In this document: in pieces, positions 1 to 8,853 of the stretch | Layout of the letters: each line of letters starts with the position of its first letter | Position numbering within the stretch: the first letter of the stretch is position 1 | Sequence record: MZ726796.1 | Length of the DNA: 46,233 bases | Direction: 5' to 3' (one strand) | DNA from: Escherichia phage vB_EcoS_ASO78B | Notes under the pieces: model-generated | What the model was told of the DNA's origin: nothing | The model's input: the letters and a program-made list of their open reading frames with translations, nothing else | Database searches by the model: none | Made by a program: the position numbers and the translations under genes

Positions 1-444
1 ATGGCTAATCCAAACCCTGTAATGAAATTTTCCTCTGAGTACCAGCCTGCTGGCAGAGGATTGAGCTACAGAAACAGGCTTATTGAGGCATTAAAGCGTT
101 GCGGGCTTGGGGAGGAGGAATTCCTTGACGCATTCATCAGGACGTCAATCAAGATGACTGAGGAAAACCCGACTCAGGGTGTGCAAATGCTGAAGGAAAT
201 ATTCCTGCGCATCAGTCCTGTGCAGAAAAGTATGGCGCCTCCGGTTAATTTTAAATACCGCAAAGATGCCACGCCAGTTGAGCAGATAGAGGACGTTATT
301 CAATCTGTCTCCAGTGGCGAGCTTCCAATCGATGTGGCGTCTCAGGTTGTATCTATGATTAAGGTTGGCCTTGACGTGAAAGAGTTAACCGAACTCGCCG
401 CGCGCCTTGAGCGACTGGAGAAGTTACTGGAGCAACAACAGTAA
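1..444 (+). CDS. terminase small subunit (putative)
   Basis: 147-aa ORF starting at base 1; N-terminal NPNP..QPAGRG motif of the kind seen in small terminases; sits upstream of HNH and TerL. Confidence 0.55.
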   Translation: MANPNPVMKFSSEYQPAGRGLSYRNRLIEALKRCGLGEEEFLDAFIRTSIKMTEENPTQGVQMLKEIFLRISPVQKSMAPPVNFKYRKDATPVEQIEDVIQSVSSGELPIDVASQVVSMIKVGLDVKELTELAARLERLEKLLEQQQ

Positions 445-547
445 CTGATTTATAATAATTAATGCGGCAAAGGGTAGCTCCCTGCCCGGATTGGTCTCCG
501 GGCTGCCGCATCCAATCAATAGACCGCCTGTAACCGAGGATTCAAGA

Positions 548-1060
548 ATGCCATCATTAAAAGAGCTCGCTCTCACTCAGGAAAGACTTAAGCATCTACT
601 GCATTACAATCCAGATACTGGTGTTTTCACATGGGTTCAGCGCGCCTCAAAAAGCGTAAGAGTTGGTAATTCAGCTGGCAGTAAGAATAAGTCAGGCTAT
701 ATAGATATACGCATCGATAAGTCTTTACACAAAGCTCATCGGCTTGCGTGGCTTTACATTTATGGTGTGTGGCCCAATGGGAAAATAGATCACATCAATA
801 ACGTGAAGACAGATAACAGAATCTGCAACCTGAGAGAAGCAAGTAATAATGAAAACGGATGGAATGTTGGTAAACCATCGACAAATACGTCAGGAGTAAA
901 AGGTGTGAGTTGGGATGCAGAGAAAAATAAATGGAAGGCGCATTGCAGGGTTTTTGGGAAAAAATATACGGTAGGTAGGTTTTCATCACAAGAAGATGCT
1001 GAGAGAGCTGTGGCTGAGTTCAGAAATAAACATCACGGGGAGTTTTGTAATCATGGCTAG
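548..1060 (+). CDS. HNH-AP2 homing endonuclease
   Basis: HNH motif IDHINNVKTDNRICNLREA plus C-terminal AP2-like SGVKGVSW..GRF; GAGGA RBS before ATG 548; stop overlaps TerL start. Confidence 0.8.
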   Translation: MPSLKELALTQERLKHLLHYNPDTGVFTWVQRASKSVRVGNSAGSKNKSGYIDIRIDKSLHKAHRLAWLYIYGVWPNGKIDHINNVKTDNRICNLREASNNENGWNVGKPSTNTSGVKGVSWDAEKNKWKAHCRVFGKKYTVGRFSSQEDAERAVAEFRNKHHGEFCNHG

Positions 1061-2477
1061 AAAAAGACTCTCAAGTGTGGCAATAGAAAAACTCGAACAG
1101 GCAGTTGGAAACTCAACTGCAAAGCCTGAGTCTGCTGTGTTTGGCATTGTTGATCAGCTTCTTGCTGATGGCACGCCTAATGTTATAAAGCGCCTGAAAA
1201 TGACAGCAACAGGCGTCTCGGAAACAAACGAAGAGCCAACAATTCTTATACCAAAGCGAATGGAATTATTGCTTTATCCTCGTCGCTTCAAAGTGTTCTA
1301 TGGGGGCAGGGGGAGCGGAAAGACGGCTAACGTTGTGTCTTACCTGATAGAAAAAGCAAGATTCCGCAATAGTCGCGTTGGTTGTTTCCGGGAGATACAG
1401 AACTCAATCAAAGAATCAAGCTATGCCGAGTTGGTTGATGAGATAAACAGGAAAGGTCATGCTCATGAATATCGCTGCGTGGATGGAGAGATAACACACC
1501 ATACAACGAGATCAAAGTTTGTTTTTCGTGGCCTTTGGCGAAACATAACCGCCATCAAGGGCATGGCTGGCCTTACAGATGTTTTCTGTGAAGAATCCGA
1601 AAATATTAGTCAGGTTTCATGGGATACGCTAATCCCAACAGTCCGTGCCGCTGGCTCTGAAATTATTATTGTTTTTAACCCAAACAAAGAGACGGACCCG
1701 ACATGGACTAACTTTGTTGAGCCTTACATCGACAAGATGGTAGATGGCATATATCAGGATGATGACATTGTTGTTGTTAATGTTAACTACGTCCACAACC
1801 CGTGGTTCACTGAAGAACTTAAACAGCACATGAACCAGATGAAGGCAGTGGATTATGATCGCTATCTGTGGGTGTATGAAGGGTTATTCAACAAGCGTTC
1901 CGAAGAGGCCGTGCTTGGCGGGAAATGGCAAACGCTGGACTTCGAGCCATCTCCCGAATGGGGAGGGCCATATTATGGCATTGACTTTGGTTTTTCTCAG
2001 GATGCAACCGCAGCAACAGAATCATATGTAGAAGATTTGGGCGATGGACGCAGAAACCTGTATATCTATCGTGACTTTGCAAAGGTTGGCCTTGAGATAA
2101 CTGACACGCCGGAAGCGATGAGATCAGCATTCCCAAATTCAGAGAAGTACAGATGGTATGGGGATTGCGCAAGGCCTGAAACAATAAGCCATATACGCCG
2201 ATCTGGATTCGACATTCATCCGTGCGCAAAATGGCCGGGGAGCATTGAGGACGGTATTACGTGGCTGCGTGGGTGTGACAGGATTTACGTACACTCAAGA
2301 TGCAAGCACGTCATTGAAGAGATGACAATGTACAGCTACAAGGTTGATAAGTTAACGGGGAACATACTCCCTGACATAGTTGATAAATACAATCACGCGA
2401 TTGACAGTTTACGCTATGGCCTTGGTGATCACATCGTCCAGCGCGGTAGCGGGATGCTAATCCGGCGCAGGCGATAA
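1053..2477 (+). CDS. terminase large subunit
   Basis: Walker A FYGGRGSGKT near N-terminus, about 475 aa; start taken at MARKRL (ATG 1053), the track ORF begins upstream at 996. Confidence 0.9.
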   Translation: MARKRLSSVAIEKLEQAVGNSTAKPESAVFGIVDQLLADGTPNVIKRLKMTATGVSETNEEPTILIPKRMELLLYPRRFKVFYGGRGSGKTANVVSYLIEKARFRNSRVGCFREIQNSIKESSYAELVDEINRKGHAHEYRCVDGEITHHTTRSKFVFRGLWRNITAIKGMAGLTDVFCEESENISQVSWDTLIPTVRAAGSEIIIVFNPNKETDPTWTNFVEPYIDKMVDGIYQDDDIVVVNVNYVHNPWFTEELKQHMNQMKAVDYDRYLWVYEGLFNKRSEEAVLGGKWQTLDFEPSPEWGGPYYGIDFGFSQDATAATESYVEDLGDGRRNLYIYRDFAKVGLEITDTPEAMRSAFPNSEKYRWYGDCARPETISHIRRSGFDIHPCAKWPGSIEDGITWLRGCDRIYVHSRCKHVIEEMTMYSYKVDKLTGNILPDIVDKYNHAIDSLRYGLGDHIVQRGSGMLIRRRR

Positions 2478-2553
2478 ATCTGCACAACCGCACTTGACCA
2501 ATCTACACCGGGCGCATAGTATAATCTACATCAGGTTTATCGGAGATATCACT

Positions 2554-2760
2554 ATGCGCAGCTATGCAGGATTTACACAGGAGGAAAAAGAGCAGGTTTA
2601 TTCACTGGCACGGGCTGGTGTACCTGATGAGGTGATTTGCCGTCGGTATGACATCAACGAGGATTTCCTGCTGCGCGTTCTGGATGATGTTTTCGTTAAC
2701 CTGCAAGAGAAGCGCGGGTATAAGGGTATCTGCTGCAAGAATGATTTTTTGAGGGGGTGA
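2554..2760 (+). CDS. hypothetical protein
   Basis: 68 aa from ATG 2554 with GGAGAT RBS; upstream in-frame ATG 2494 lies inside the promoter region. Confidence 0.45.
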   Translation: MRSYAGFTQEEKEQVYSLARAGVPDEVICRRYDINEDFLLRVLDDVFVNLQEKRGYKGICCKNDFLRG

Positions 2761-2764
2761 TGTG

Positions 2765-2959
2765 ATGCTTAAGATAAGCAAGATGAGCAACAGAAGCAAG
2801 ATCGGAAGGATTGCTTTACTGCCATTTTTTGTTCCTGTGTGGTTATTGTGGGTTTTCTTTTCTGGTGCAAGGAATTTATTTGAGCGGCTTGAATTTTGGC
2901 AGGCAAAGGTTATGCAAAAATTCCATGATGTCATTGATAAGTGGTTTCCGATTGGTTGA
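2765..2959 (+). CDS. small membrane protein
   Basis: 64 aa, hydrophobic segment IALLPFFVPVWLLWVFF; GAGGGGG RBS; closely follows preceding stop. Confidence 0.4.
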   Translation: MLKISKMSNRSKIGRIALLPFFVPVWLLWVFFSGARNLFERLEFWQAKVMQKFHDVIDKWFPIG

Positions 2960-2967
2960 GGTGTGTG

Positions 2968-3156
2968 ATGATTATTAATGAAACGAAAAATTGCTATGAA
3001 CTGCAAGTTAGTCATAGTTTTGGTGATTACCCTATCATTATGCTTACTTCATTCCGTGAAGGTGATGATGTTAATTCTATCGGCATTGATAAACACCAAG
3101 CCACGCAACTAATCGAAGTTCTGCAGCGCTGGGTTAATGGCGAGGAGATTGAGTGA
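2968..3156 (+). CDS. hypothetical protein
   Basis: 62 aa from ATG 2968 after GAGGTG RBS. Confidence 0.4.
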   Translation: MIINETKNCYELQVSHSFGDYPIIMLTSFREGDDVNSIGIDKHQATQLIEVLQRWVNGEEIE

Positions 3157-3344
3157 TGAGCGTTTATTTTATTCATGCTGAAGCCGTGCTGAGTAACGGC
3201 TGCGTTGCTGAGAAGATAGGAAGAATCGCAATTGCTGATAGCGCCGTGACGGCGTTCGATAAATTCTTTTCTGATGACACGGTTGCCAAGCTACGAGAAC
3301 AAGGTATTGATGTTGTCATTGATAAGCTGGAAAAGGTGGAGTGA
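3156..3344 (+). CDS. hypothetical protein
   Basis: 62 aa; ATG overlaps previous TGA by 1 nt; GAGGAG RBS. Confidence 0.4.
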   Translation: MSVYFIHAEAVLSNGCVAEKIGRIAIADSAVTAFDKFFSDDTVAKLREQGIDVVIDKLEKVE

Positions 3345-3598
3345 TGGACTGGAATAAGGTTGAGCCTAAATACGGGCCGCATGTAATGAACCTTAAGATT
3401 GGTAAAATACATGTTGCAACGGTTTCATACAACTCAGCATCAAGGAACACAGACGAAAAATACCGTTGTTGCGTGCACCTCCCTGGAATGAGGAAGGAGT
3501 TAACAAGCACGAAACACAAAACAGAGGATGAAGCCATGCGCTTCGCGCAAACCATAGTGATTAAGTGGATTCTACTTGCTGGGCTGACATCACAATAA
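3344..3598 (+). CDS. hypothetical protein
   Basis: 84 aa; TGATG overlap with previous gene; AAGGTGGAG RBS. Confidence 0.4.
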   Translation: MDWNKVEPKYGPHVMNLKIGKIHVATVSYNSASRNTDEKYRCCVHLPGMRKELTSTKHKTEDEAMRFAQTIVIKWILLAGLTSQ

Positions 3599-3640
3599 AC
3601 ATCTCTGAGTACAGAAATCGCAACAAGTGACCATGATATA

Positions 3641-3665
3641 ATCCCCTTAATTGGGGATTTTTTTA
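3641..3665 (+). terminator. rho-independent terminator
   Basis: hairpin ATCCCC-TTAATT-GGGGAT followed by T7 run, just upstream of portal ATG. Confidence 0.6.
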
Positions 3666-3675
3666 TTGGTGACAT

Positions 3676-5088
3676 ATGTCAAAAATTGATGCATTAAACG
3701 CCTACATTCGCGACCGCGTGGCGAACAATAACCGGGCGATTCAGCAACAACGGCTTTGCGCTGGCGGGAAGAATCTCGACCAGAAGCGTGAGTTCATGTG
3801 GAAGGAGCTGGGCTACCCGCAGGAAATCACCGCAGAGATGTTCCGCTATGCCTATGAGCGACATCCAGCCGCCGCTGCTGGTATTAACCGCATTATTAAT
3901 AAATGCTGGCAGAAATACCCTGAAGTGGTAGAGGATGGTGAGGATGATAAGAACTCAACGCAGTGGGAGCTGTCCATCAACGACATGATGAAACGTGCTT
4001 ATCCGTTCATCAAAGAAGCTGACAAGCGCAACGCCATCAACCGCTATTCCGCCGTTATCCTGCAAATCCGCGATGGTAAGCAATGGAGTGAGCCGGTAGA
4101 CATCACCAAAACGCGCCGCATTAAAGATAAATCCATCGTCCGCTTTATTCCGGTGTGGGAAGAGCAACTACGCGTCAGTGCGTGGAATAACGACGAAACC
4201 AGCGAAGACTACGGAATGCCTGAGATGTACGAATATCAGGAAAGCGCCGTGGAAGACTTCGGCAGCGACGGCAAGCCTGAGCGTTCCGTGCAGATTCACC
4301 CTGACCGCATCATCATTCTGGCTGAGGGTAGTTTTGATGGCAGTATGTTCAGTGGCATCCCGATGCTGCGCGCTGGTTACAACAGCCTTATAGACATGGC
4401 TAAGGTTTCCGGTAGCTCCGCAGAAGGCTTCCTGAAGAATGCGAGCCGCCAGCTGGCAGTTAACTACACGAAGGATAACGTAACGCCAGCAAGCCTTGCT
4501 CAGTCAATGGGTGTCGATGTTGAAGAACTCACCGACATCATGAATGAGAACATTGAGGCACTGAATTCAGGCATCGACGCCGCTATGTTCACAATGGGGG
4601 CTGATGCAAAAGTTCTCGCCGTGACTCCAGCCGACCCGAAACCCACATGGGAAGTGGCTGCCAACCAGTTCGCCGCATCAATGGCGCTTCCATTCACCGT
4701 CATTTTCGGGCAGCAAACCGGACGCCTTGCGAGCGACGAAGACAAGATGCAGGAGGCGATGACCGCTAAGCAACGTCGCGAAACATGGGTTGACTATGTC
4801 ATCTCAATGTTCGTTGAGCGCATGATTCAGTTCGGCATCGTCGATAAAGCCCCGGCAAATGGCTACAAGGTTAAGTGGGATGACCTGCTGGCGCCATCAG
4901 AGCTGGATAAAGCGGAGTTGCTGGCTAAACTCGCCACTGCGAATAAGTCATTCTTTGATGCTGGTCAATCTGCGTTGTTGACCGTTGATGAGGCTCGCGG
5001 CATGGTTGGTATGGAGCCGATTGAACTCGACGAAAGCTATCGCGAAGACACACCACCGGAAGATGAAAATGAAGATAATCCGGTTTAA
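3676..5088 (+). CDS. portal protein
   Basis: 470-aa ORF between terminase and MuF-like head morphogenesis gene; size and position typical of siphovirus portal. Confidence 0.7.
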   Translation: MSKIDALNAYIRDRVANNNRAIQQQRLCAGGKNLDQKREFMWKELGYPQEITAEMFRYAYERHPAAAAGINRIINKCWQKYPEVVEDGEDDKNSTQWELSINDMMKRAYPFIKEADKRNAINRYSAVILQIRDGKQWSEPVDITKTRRIKDKSIVRFIPVWEEQLRVSAWNNDETSEDYGMPEMYEYQESAVEDFGSDGKPERSVQIHPDRIIILAEGSFDGSMFSGIPMLRAGYNSLIDMAKVSGSSAEGFLKNASRQLAVNYTKDNVTPASLAQSMGVDVEELTDIMNENIEALNSGIDAAMFTMGADAKVLAVTPADPKPTWEVAANQFAASMALPFTVIFGQQTGRLASDEDKMQEAMTAKQRRETWVDYVISMFVERMIQFGIVDKAPANGYKVKWDDLLAPSELDKAELLAKLATANKSFFDAGQSALLTVDEARGMVGMEPIELDESYREDTPPEDENEDNPV

Positions 5089-6019
5089 TGCCCGCCTTCC
5101 GCAACCGCGCATATCGCAGAGTCTGACAGACCCGTTAGGCGCTGCGACTCGCCTGTCAAAGATGGATAAGGTGATAACGCGCAAATACAAACAACTCAGG
5201 AATCGTGCGCTTGGGTTGTTCCGCACTATTCCGCATAGTCAGACTAACGCAGAATCAAGCGACATGTATTTCTATGATTTCAGTAGTGCGCGGGCAGCCA
5301 CGTTCATGGATGAGTTACAGGCGCTGATTGACGAGATTCTTCTGGAAGGTGATGATTTCGGTCACGGCAGGCTGTGGGCTAACGTGTTCATTGGTGATGC
5401 ATATCAGGCCGGCACACAGAAGGCAAACTCAGAGCTATCAAGCCTGTCTCCTGTTTATGCTGAGCAGAGGCCGATTGCCGCGATACTCTACAGTGAGCCT
5501 TATCTGAACCGGCTCCAGCTGGCTTATACGCAAGGATATTCAGACTGGCGCGGATTGAGTGATTATTCCCGTCAGCAACTGGCATCTGTCATCATGGAAG
5601 GCATTGCTCGTGGCGCAAATCCTCGTAACGTTGAAGCTGACATTGTTAAGCGTGTTGATGTGTCGCACAGCTACGCGAAGCAAATCGCACAGACGGAAAT
5701 TACCGGAACTCTGCGGCAGGCTAACAGGCGAGAAGTCATTGAGGCTCGCGAAGAGTTGGGTATTGAGACGGTGATGCTGTGGCAGTCGGCATTGATGCGT
5801 ACAACCCGTCAGACACACGCGGCAAGACATGGACGGTTTTACACGCCAGAAGAGATTGACACGTTCTATAGTGAGAATGGCAACAGATATAATTGTCACT
5901 GTGCGCAAATTCCAACACTGTTAATGGATGGCAAGCCAGTCATTCTTGAGTCATCACAGGAAAGGCTTGATAAGCAGCGTGAGGCTTGGCAATCGGCAAA
6001 CAAAAAGCCCTCTAAGTGA
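5069..6019 (+). CDS. head morphogenesis protein (Mu F / SPP1 gp7 family)
   Basis: C-terminal [17 protein letters not shown]...NCHC motif as in Phage_Mu_F domain; start overlaps portal 3' end. Confidence 0.75.
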   Translation: MKIIRFNARLPQPRISQSLTDPLGAATRLSKMDKVITRKYKQLRNRALGLFRTIPHSQTNAESSDMYFYDFSSARAATFMDELQALIDEILLEGDDFGHGRLWANVFIGDAYQAGTQKANSELSSLSPVYAEQRPIAAILYSEPYLNRLQLAYTQGYSDWRGLSDYSRQQLASVIMEGIARGANPRNVEADIVKRVDVSHSYAKQIAQTEITGTLRQANRREVIEAREELGIETVMLWQSALMRTTRQTHAARHGRFYTPEEIDTFYSENGNRYNCHCAQIPTLLMDGKPVILESSQERLDKQREAWQSANKKPSK

Positions 6020-6035
6020 GGGCTTGGTTTTATCT
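6006..6035 (+). terminator. rho-independent terminator
   Basis: hairpin AAGCCCTC-TAAGT-GAGGGCTT then GGTTTTA; stop codon lies in the loop. Confidence 0.6.
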
Positions 6036-6102
6036 TATCAGCATGAACAGAACAAATATTATTATCGCATAGCACAATATCTCTACGACGCTGAATATTG
6101 TT

Positions 6103-6726
6103 TTAATCATCCAGTTTAACGCCGGGAATCTTGCCTGCTGCGATGGCGTCGTAAACAGCCTCTGCCTCATCTGATCGATTGTGTTGGCGTTCAGCCTTCG
6201 TCAACGCACCATAAATTGCATCACAAATTCTCTCGCGCTTCTTATCTGCTTCTGTGCGGATGGGGCGAAATTTCAGCGTGCCACCATACGATGAAAATTT
6301 AACATACTGGACACCCTCAAAGGTATCGCACAGCATCACCACGCCTTGCGTCCCTACAATGTAATCAATTTTGCACTTCCACCATGTTTTCCCGGCATTG
6401 AGAGAGTATTCGCATTCGCACCCCACTTGCGGGACGCCTTCGCCGTTCCATGTTGGCTTTTGCGATGCGGCGAGTGCTGCTTTATATTGCCAATAGGTCA
6501 CTATCGACTCCCTGTGGTCGCAAGATAAAGGTATGTCCTCAATTCCATGCCAGTAATGCACAAGGCTATTCCCAGTGTGATGTTTCCATGAAAATCCATC
6601 ATAGTGTGGATTATTCGTGTCCCATACACACAGCGAACCATCATCATCTTGAGTAATTGACAGAGCATTATGAGGCCACCCGCCACGCTTAGGTAATTCT
6701 TTAACTAACAGGTCGATAAGTTTCAT
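6103..6726 (-). CDS. hypothetical protein (accessory island 1)
   Basis: 207 aa, Trp/Cys-rich; GGAGGAA RBS; last gene of a 5-gene minus-strand operon. Confidence 0.5.
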   Translation of the reverse strand: MKLIDLLVKELPKRGGWPHNALSITQDDDGSLCVWDTNNPHYDGFSWKHHTGNSLVHYWHGIEDIPLSCDHRESIVTYWQYKAALAASQKPTWNGEGVPQVGCECEYSLNAGKTWWKCKIDYIVGTQGVVMLCDTFEGVQYVKFSSYGGTLKFRPIRTEADKKRERICDAIYGALTKAERQHNRSDEAEAVYDAIAAGKIPGVKLDD

Positions 6727-6947
6727 TTTGTTCCTCCATCAGAAAATATTTCTTTATATTCACCCTCAACCTCGTACAGTTCACCCAGCTTAAATACCTC
6801 ATACGAGTTTTGACCGCCTTCGCGCCATGCGTGAACCTCATTCAGCTTTTCAGCCACCGCATTAGCCTCCTGTTCAGTTGGATAAATAGCAACAACATTT
6901 GATGAAACGCCGCATTCGATGCAACCAACATTAAATACAAGCCACAT
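6723..6947 (-). CDS. hypothetical protein
   Basis: 74 aa; stop overlaps start of downstream gene. Confidence 0.45.
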   Translation of the reverse strand: MWLVFNVGCIECGVSSNVVAIYPTEQEANAVAEKLNEVHAWREGGQNSYEVFKLGELYEVEGEYKEIFSDGGTK

Positions 6948-6949
6948 AA

Positions 6950-7213
6950 TTATTCTCCCAATGCCTTATTAACCACCGCACGCGCATTATCCGGAGCGCG
7001 ACGCTTGCTTGATGCTGTCCAGACTTTGCCGGAATGGTCGTCGTAGATTTCCAGTAGCTGCTGGAGTGCGGCGAGCATGGTCTTGTTATTGTCGTGACGA
7101 TACCCAACAGAAAACCCAAGCCAAAGCCAGTCCTTTTCTCTATCCGTCATGCCGCCAAAGTCAACAGAATCGAACCATTTGCTAAATAATTGGTGCACTT
7201 CGCGCTGCGTCAT
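6950..7213 (-). CDS. hypothetical protein
   Basis: 87 aa from ATG (MTQREV..) with GAGG RBS; track ORF extends to an upstream GTG. Confidence 0.45.
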   Translation of the reverse strand: MTQREVHQLFSKWFDSVDFGGMTDREKDWLWLGFSVGYRHDNNKTMLAALQQLLEIYDDHSGKVWTASSKRRAPDNARAVVNKALGE

Positions 7214-7221
7214 CGCCAACC

Positions 7222-7365
7222 TCACTTAATATATTCCACAATCTCGCACTCGCGCATCTGCACCAGACCAAATGGCGCAACCACTTTACCGCACGGGCGG
7301 ATTTTGATTTGCTCAAGGCTGAACACTCCGCAGCGTCCGTTTTCTTTGAATTTGACCATTACCAT
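7222..7365 (-). CDS. small hypothetical protein (47 aa)
   Basis: Hand-translated ORF below the track cutoff (MVMVKFKENGRCGVF..); GAGGAA RBS 6 nt upstream; fills the gap between neighbours. Confidence 0.3.
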   Translation of the reverse strand: MVMVKFKENGRCGVFSLEQIKIRPCGKVVAPFGLVQMRECEIVEYIK

Positions 7366-7368
7366 GAT

Positions 7369-7779
7369 TTATTCCTCAATATCTCGCCAGTCCATATTGG
7401 ACTCGTTTTGTCCGTACACCCCACCGTAAAAGCCTTCACCCGGCCATACGATTTCGCCGCCATAATATCCGTTTGAATCATTGCGATAGTCAATCACCAT
7501 GTCACCTTTGTTGGTTGTAATTTTCGCTCCGTAGTATTGAACGTAATCACAACCTGGTATATCACCCAAGTCAGGCATTGCCAAATCTTCACACCCAATA
7601 ATAGTAAATGGCAACCCTAGCGCAGGCATTTCAACTGATTCAATCCATGTATACGAGCAGCAATCAGCATCAACGCGAACAACCAGTTCCTCACCATTAT
7701 CACAAACAAAAAGCATAGCCAGCTTATCTTCTGCAATTTTCACATCAACAATTTTCTTACCAATCAGTTTGTTTTCCAT
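7369..7779 (-). CDS. hypothetical protein
   Basis: 136 aa from ATG 7779 (MENKLIGKK..) with GAGGTG RBS; Gly/Tyr-rich C-terminus. Confidence 0.5.
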   Translation of the reverse strand: MENKLIGKKIVDVKIAEDKLAMLFVCDNGEELVVRVDADCCSYTWIESVEMPALGLPFTIIGCEDLAMPDLGDIPGCDYVQYYGAKITTNKGDMVIDYRNDSNGYYGGEIVWPGEGFYGGVYGQNESNMDWRDIEE

Positions 7780-7811
7780 CTTCATCACCTCATTCGTCAC
7801 TTGATGTAGAT

Positions 7812-7840
7812 ACTATGCACCACCACTCAATCTACGTCAA
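7812..7840 (-). promoter_or_regulatory. sigma70-like promoter for accessory island 1
   Basis: minus strand reads TTGACG, 17-nt spacer, CATAGT; overlaps copies of the AATCTACRYCA motif. Confidence 0.4.
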
Positions 7841-7884
7841 TACCTGTTGTGATAGAATTAATCATTATTTGAACAGGAGGCAGA

Positions 7885-8163
7885 ATGAAACTATCGCAAC
7901 GCGGCAAAGATACGCTTGGAATCGCCGATGCCGTGGATATATCGCCTTACATCACCACTGAGACAACGCAGAGTCAGTTTGATGCGATGACAAGTCTCGC
8001 CACCGACATTGGCATTGACGCTTTCCGCAAATCAACACTTCTGAGGAAACACAACCTTCGCTGCTTCTCGTGTGCGGTTGCACATTTCATCGTGTGGGGC
8101 GAGAAGACCGACAACAAAGCAAAACGCAAAGCTGAAAAAGAGGTTTACTGGTATGGCTATTAG
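7885..8163 (+). CDS. T4/P22-type (GH24) lysozyme-like protein lacking the catalytic N-terminal region
   Basis: residues 28-75 align to the C-terminal half of P22 gp19-type lysozymes (QxQ[FY]DA..SL...IG..AF..ST.LR..NL), but about 45 aa containing the catalytic region are missing; strong AGGAGG RBS. Confidence 0.5.
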   Translation: MKLSQRGKDTLGIADAVDISPYITTETTQSQFDAMTSLATDIGIDAFRKSTLLRKHNLRCFSCAVAHFIVWGEKTDNKAKRKAEKEVYWYGY

Positions 8164-8617
8164 CAAAAACATGAAGGCATTTCTGAATATGCTGGCGTAC
8201 AGTGAGGGCACGGATAACGGGCGGCAGAAAACCAATAATCATGGATATGATGTGATTGTTGGTGGCTCACTGTTTACCGACTATTCCGATCATCCGCGCA
8301 AGCTGATTAGCCTGCCTAAGCTGGGCATCAAATCCACTGCTGCAGGGCGCTATCAGGTGCTGGCTAAGTTTTATGACGCGTATAAAAAGCAGCTGCGCCT
8401 GCCTGACTTCTCTCCCGCATCACAGGACGCTATTGCAATGCAGCTAATCCGTGAATGCAAGGCCACTGCCGACATCGAGGCAGGGCGCATTGCTGATGCA
8501 ATCCATAAATGCCGCTCCCGCTGGGCTTCATTGCCGGGTGCTGGCTATGGTCAGCATGAGCAGAAGCTGGATAAGCTGATTCAGGTATACAAGGATGCTG
8601 GTGGGGCTGTGGCATGA
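8153..8617 (+). CDS. R: endolysin, lambda R-like lytic transglycosylase
   Basis: near-colinear match to lambda R: AFLNMLAYSEGTDNGRQKT.NHGYDVIVGG.LFTDYSDHPRKL, WASLPGAGYGQ.E. Confidence 0.9.
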   Translation: MAISKNMKAFLNMLAYSEGTDNGRQKTNNHGYDVIVGGSLFTDYSDHPRKLISLPKLGIKSTAAGRYQVLAKFYDAYKKQLRLPDFSPASQDAIAMQLIRECKATADIEAGRIADAIHKCRSRWASLPGAGYGQHEQKLDKLIQVYKDAGGAVA

Positions 8618-8853
8618 AAAAGTTAAGCAACTGGCTGCTCGGCGCGTGGATTTCGTTCTGTTCACTGCTGCAGCTATGGCCTGATGCAATGATGCATGTG
8701 TGGGTAATGATGCCGGATGACCTGAAAGCGGCGCTGCCTCCAATTGTGGTCAAGGGTGTGAGCTATTCAATCATGCTGGTTGGTATCCTCGGCAAGATGC
8801 ACGGCATGAGGAAGGAAAACCGGAGGCTGCGCAATAATGTCGATTCTCGCTAA
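8614..8853 (+). CDS. holin (putative, two TMDs)
   Basis: 79 aa, two hydrophobic segments and a basic C-tail; ATGA overlap with endolysin stop. Confidence 0.55.
   Translation: MKKLSNWLLGAWISFCSLLQLWPDAMMHVWVMMPDDLKAALPPIVVKGVSYSIMLVGILGKMHGMRKENRRLRNNVDSR

Noticed and set aside
795-989. Antisense 64-aa ORF inside the HNH endonuclease gene
   Set aside because: Fully embedded antisense to a gene with clear HNH and AP2 motifs; no RBS
3634-3642. Extended -10-like TGaTATAAT upstream of the portal gene
   Set aside because: It overlaps the stem of the terminator hairpin at 3641-3665 and has no -35 element; kept as a terminator only
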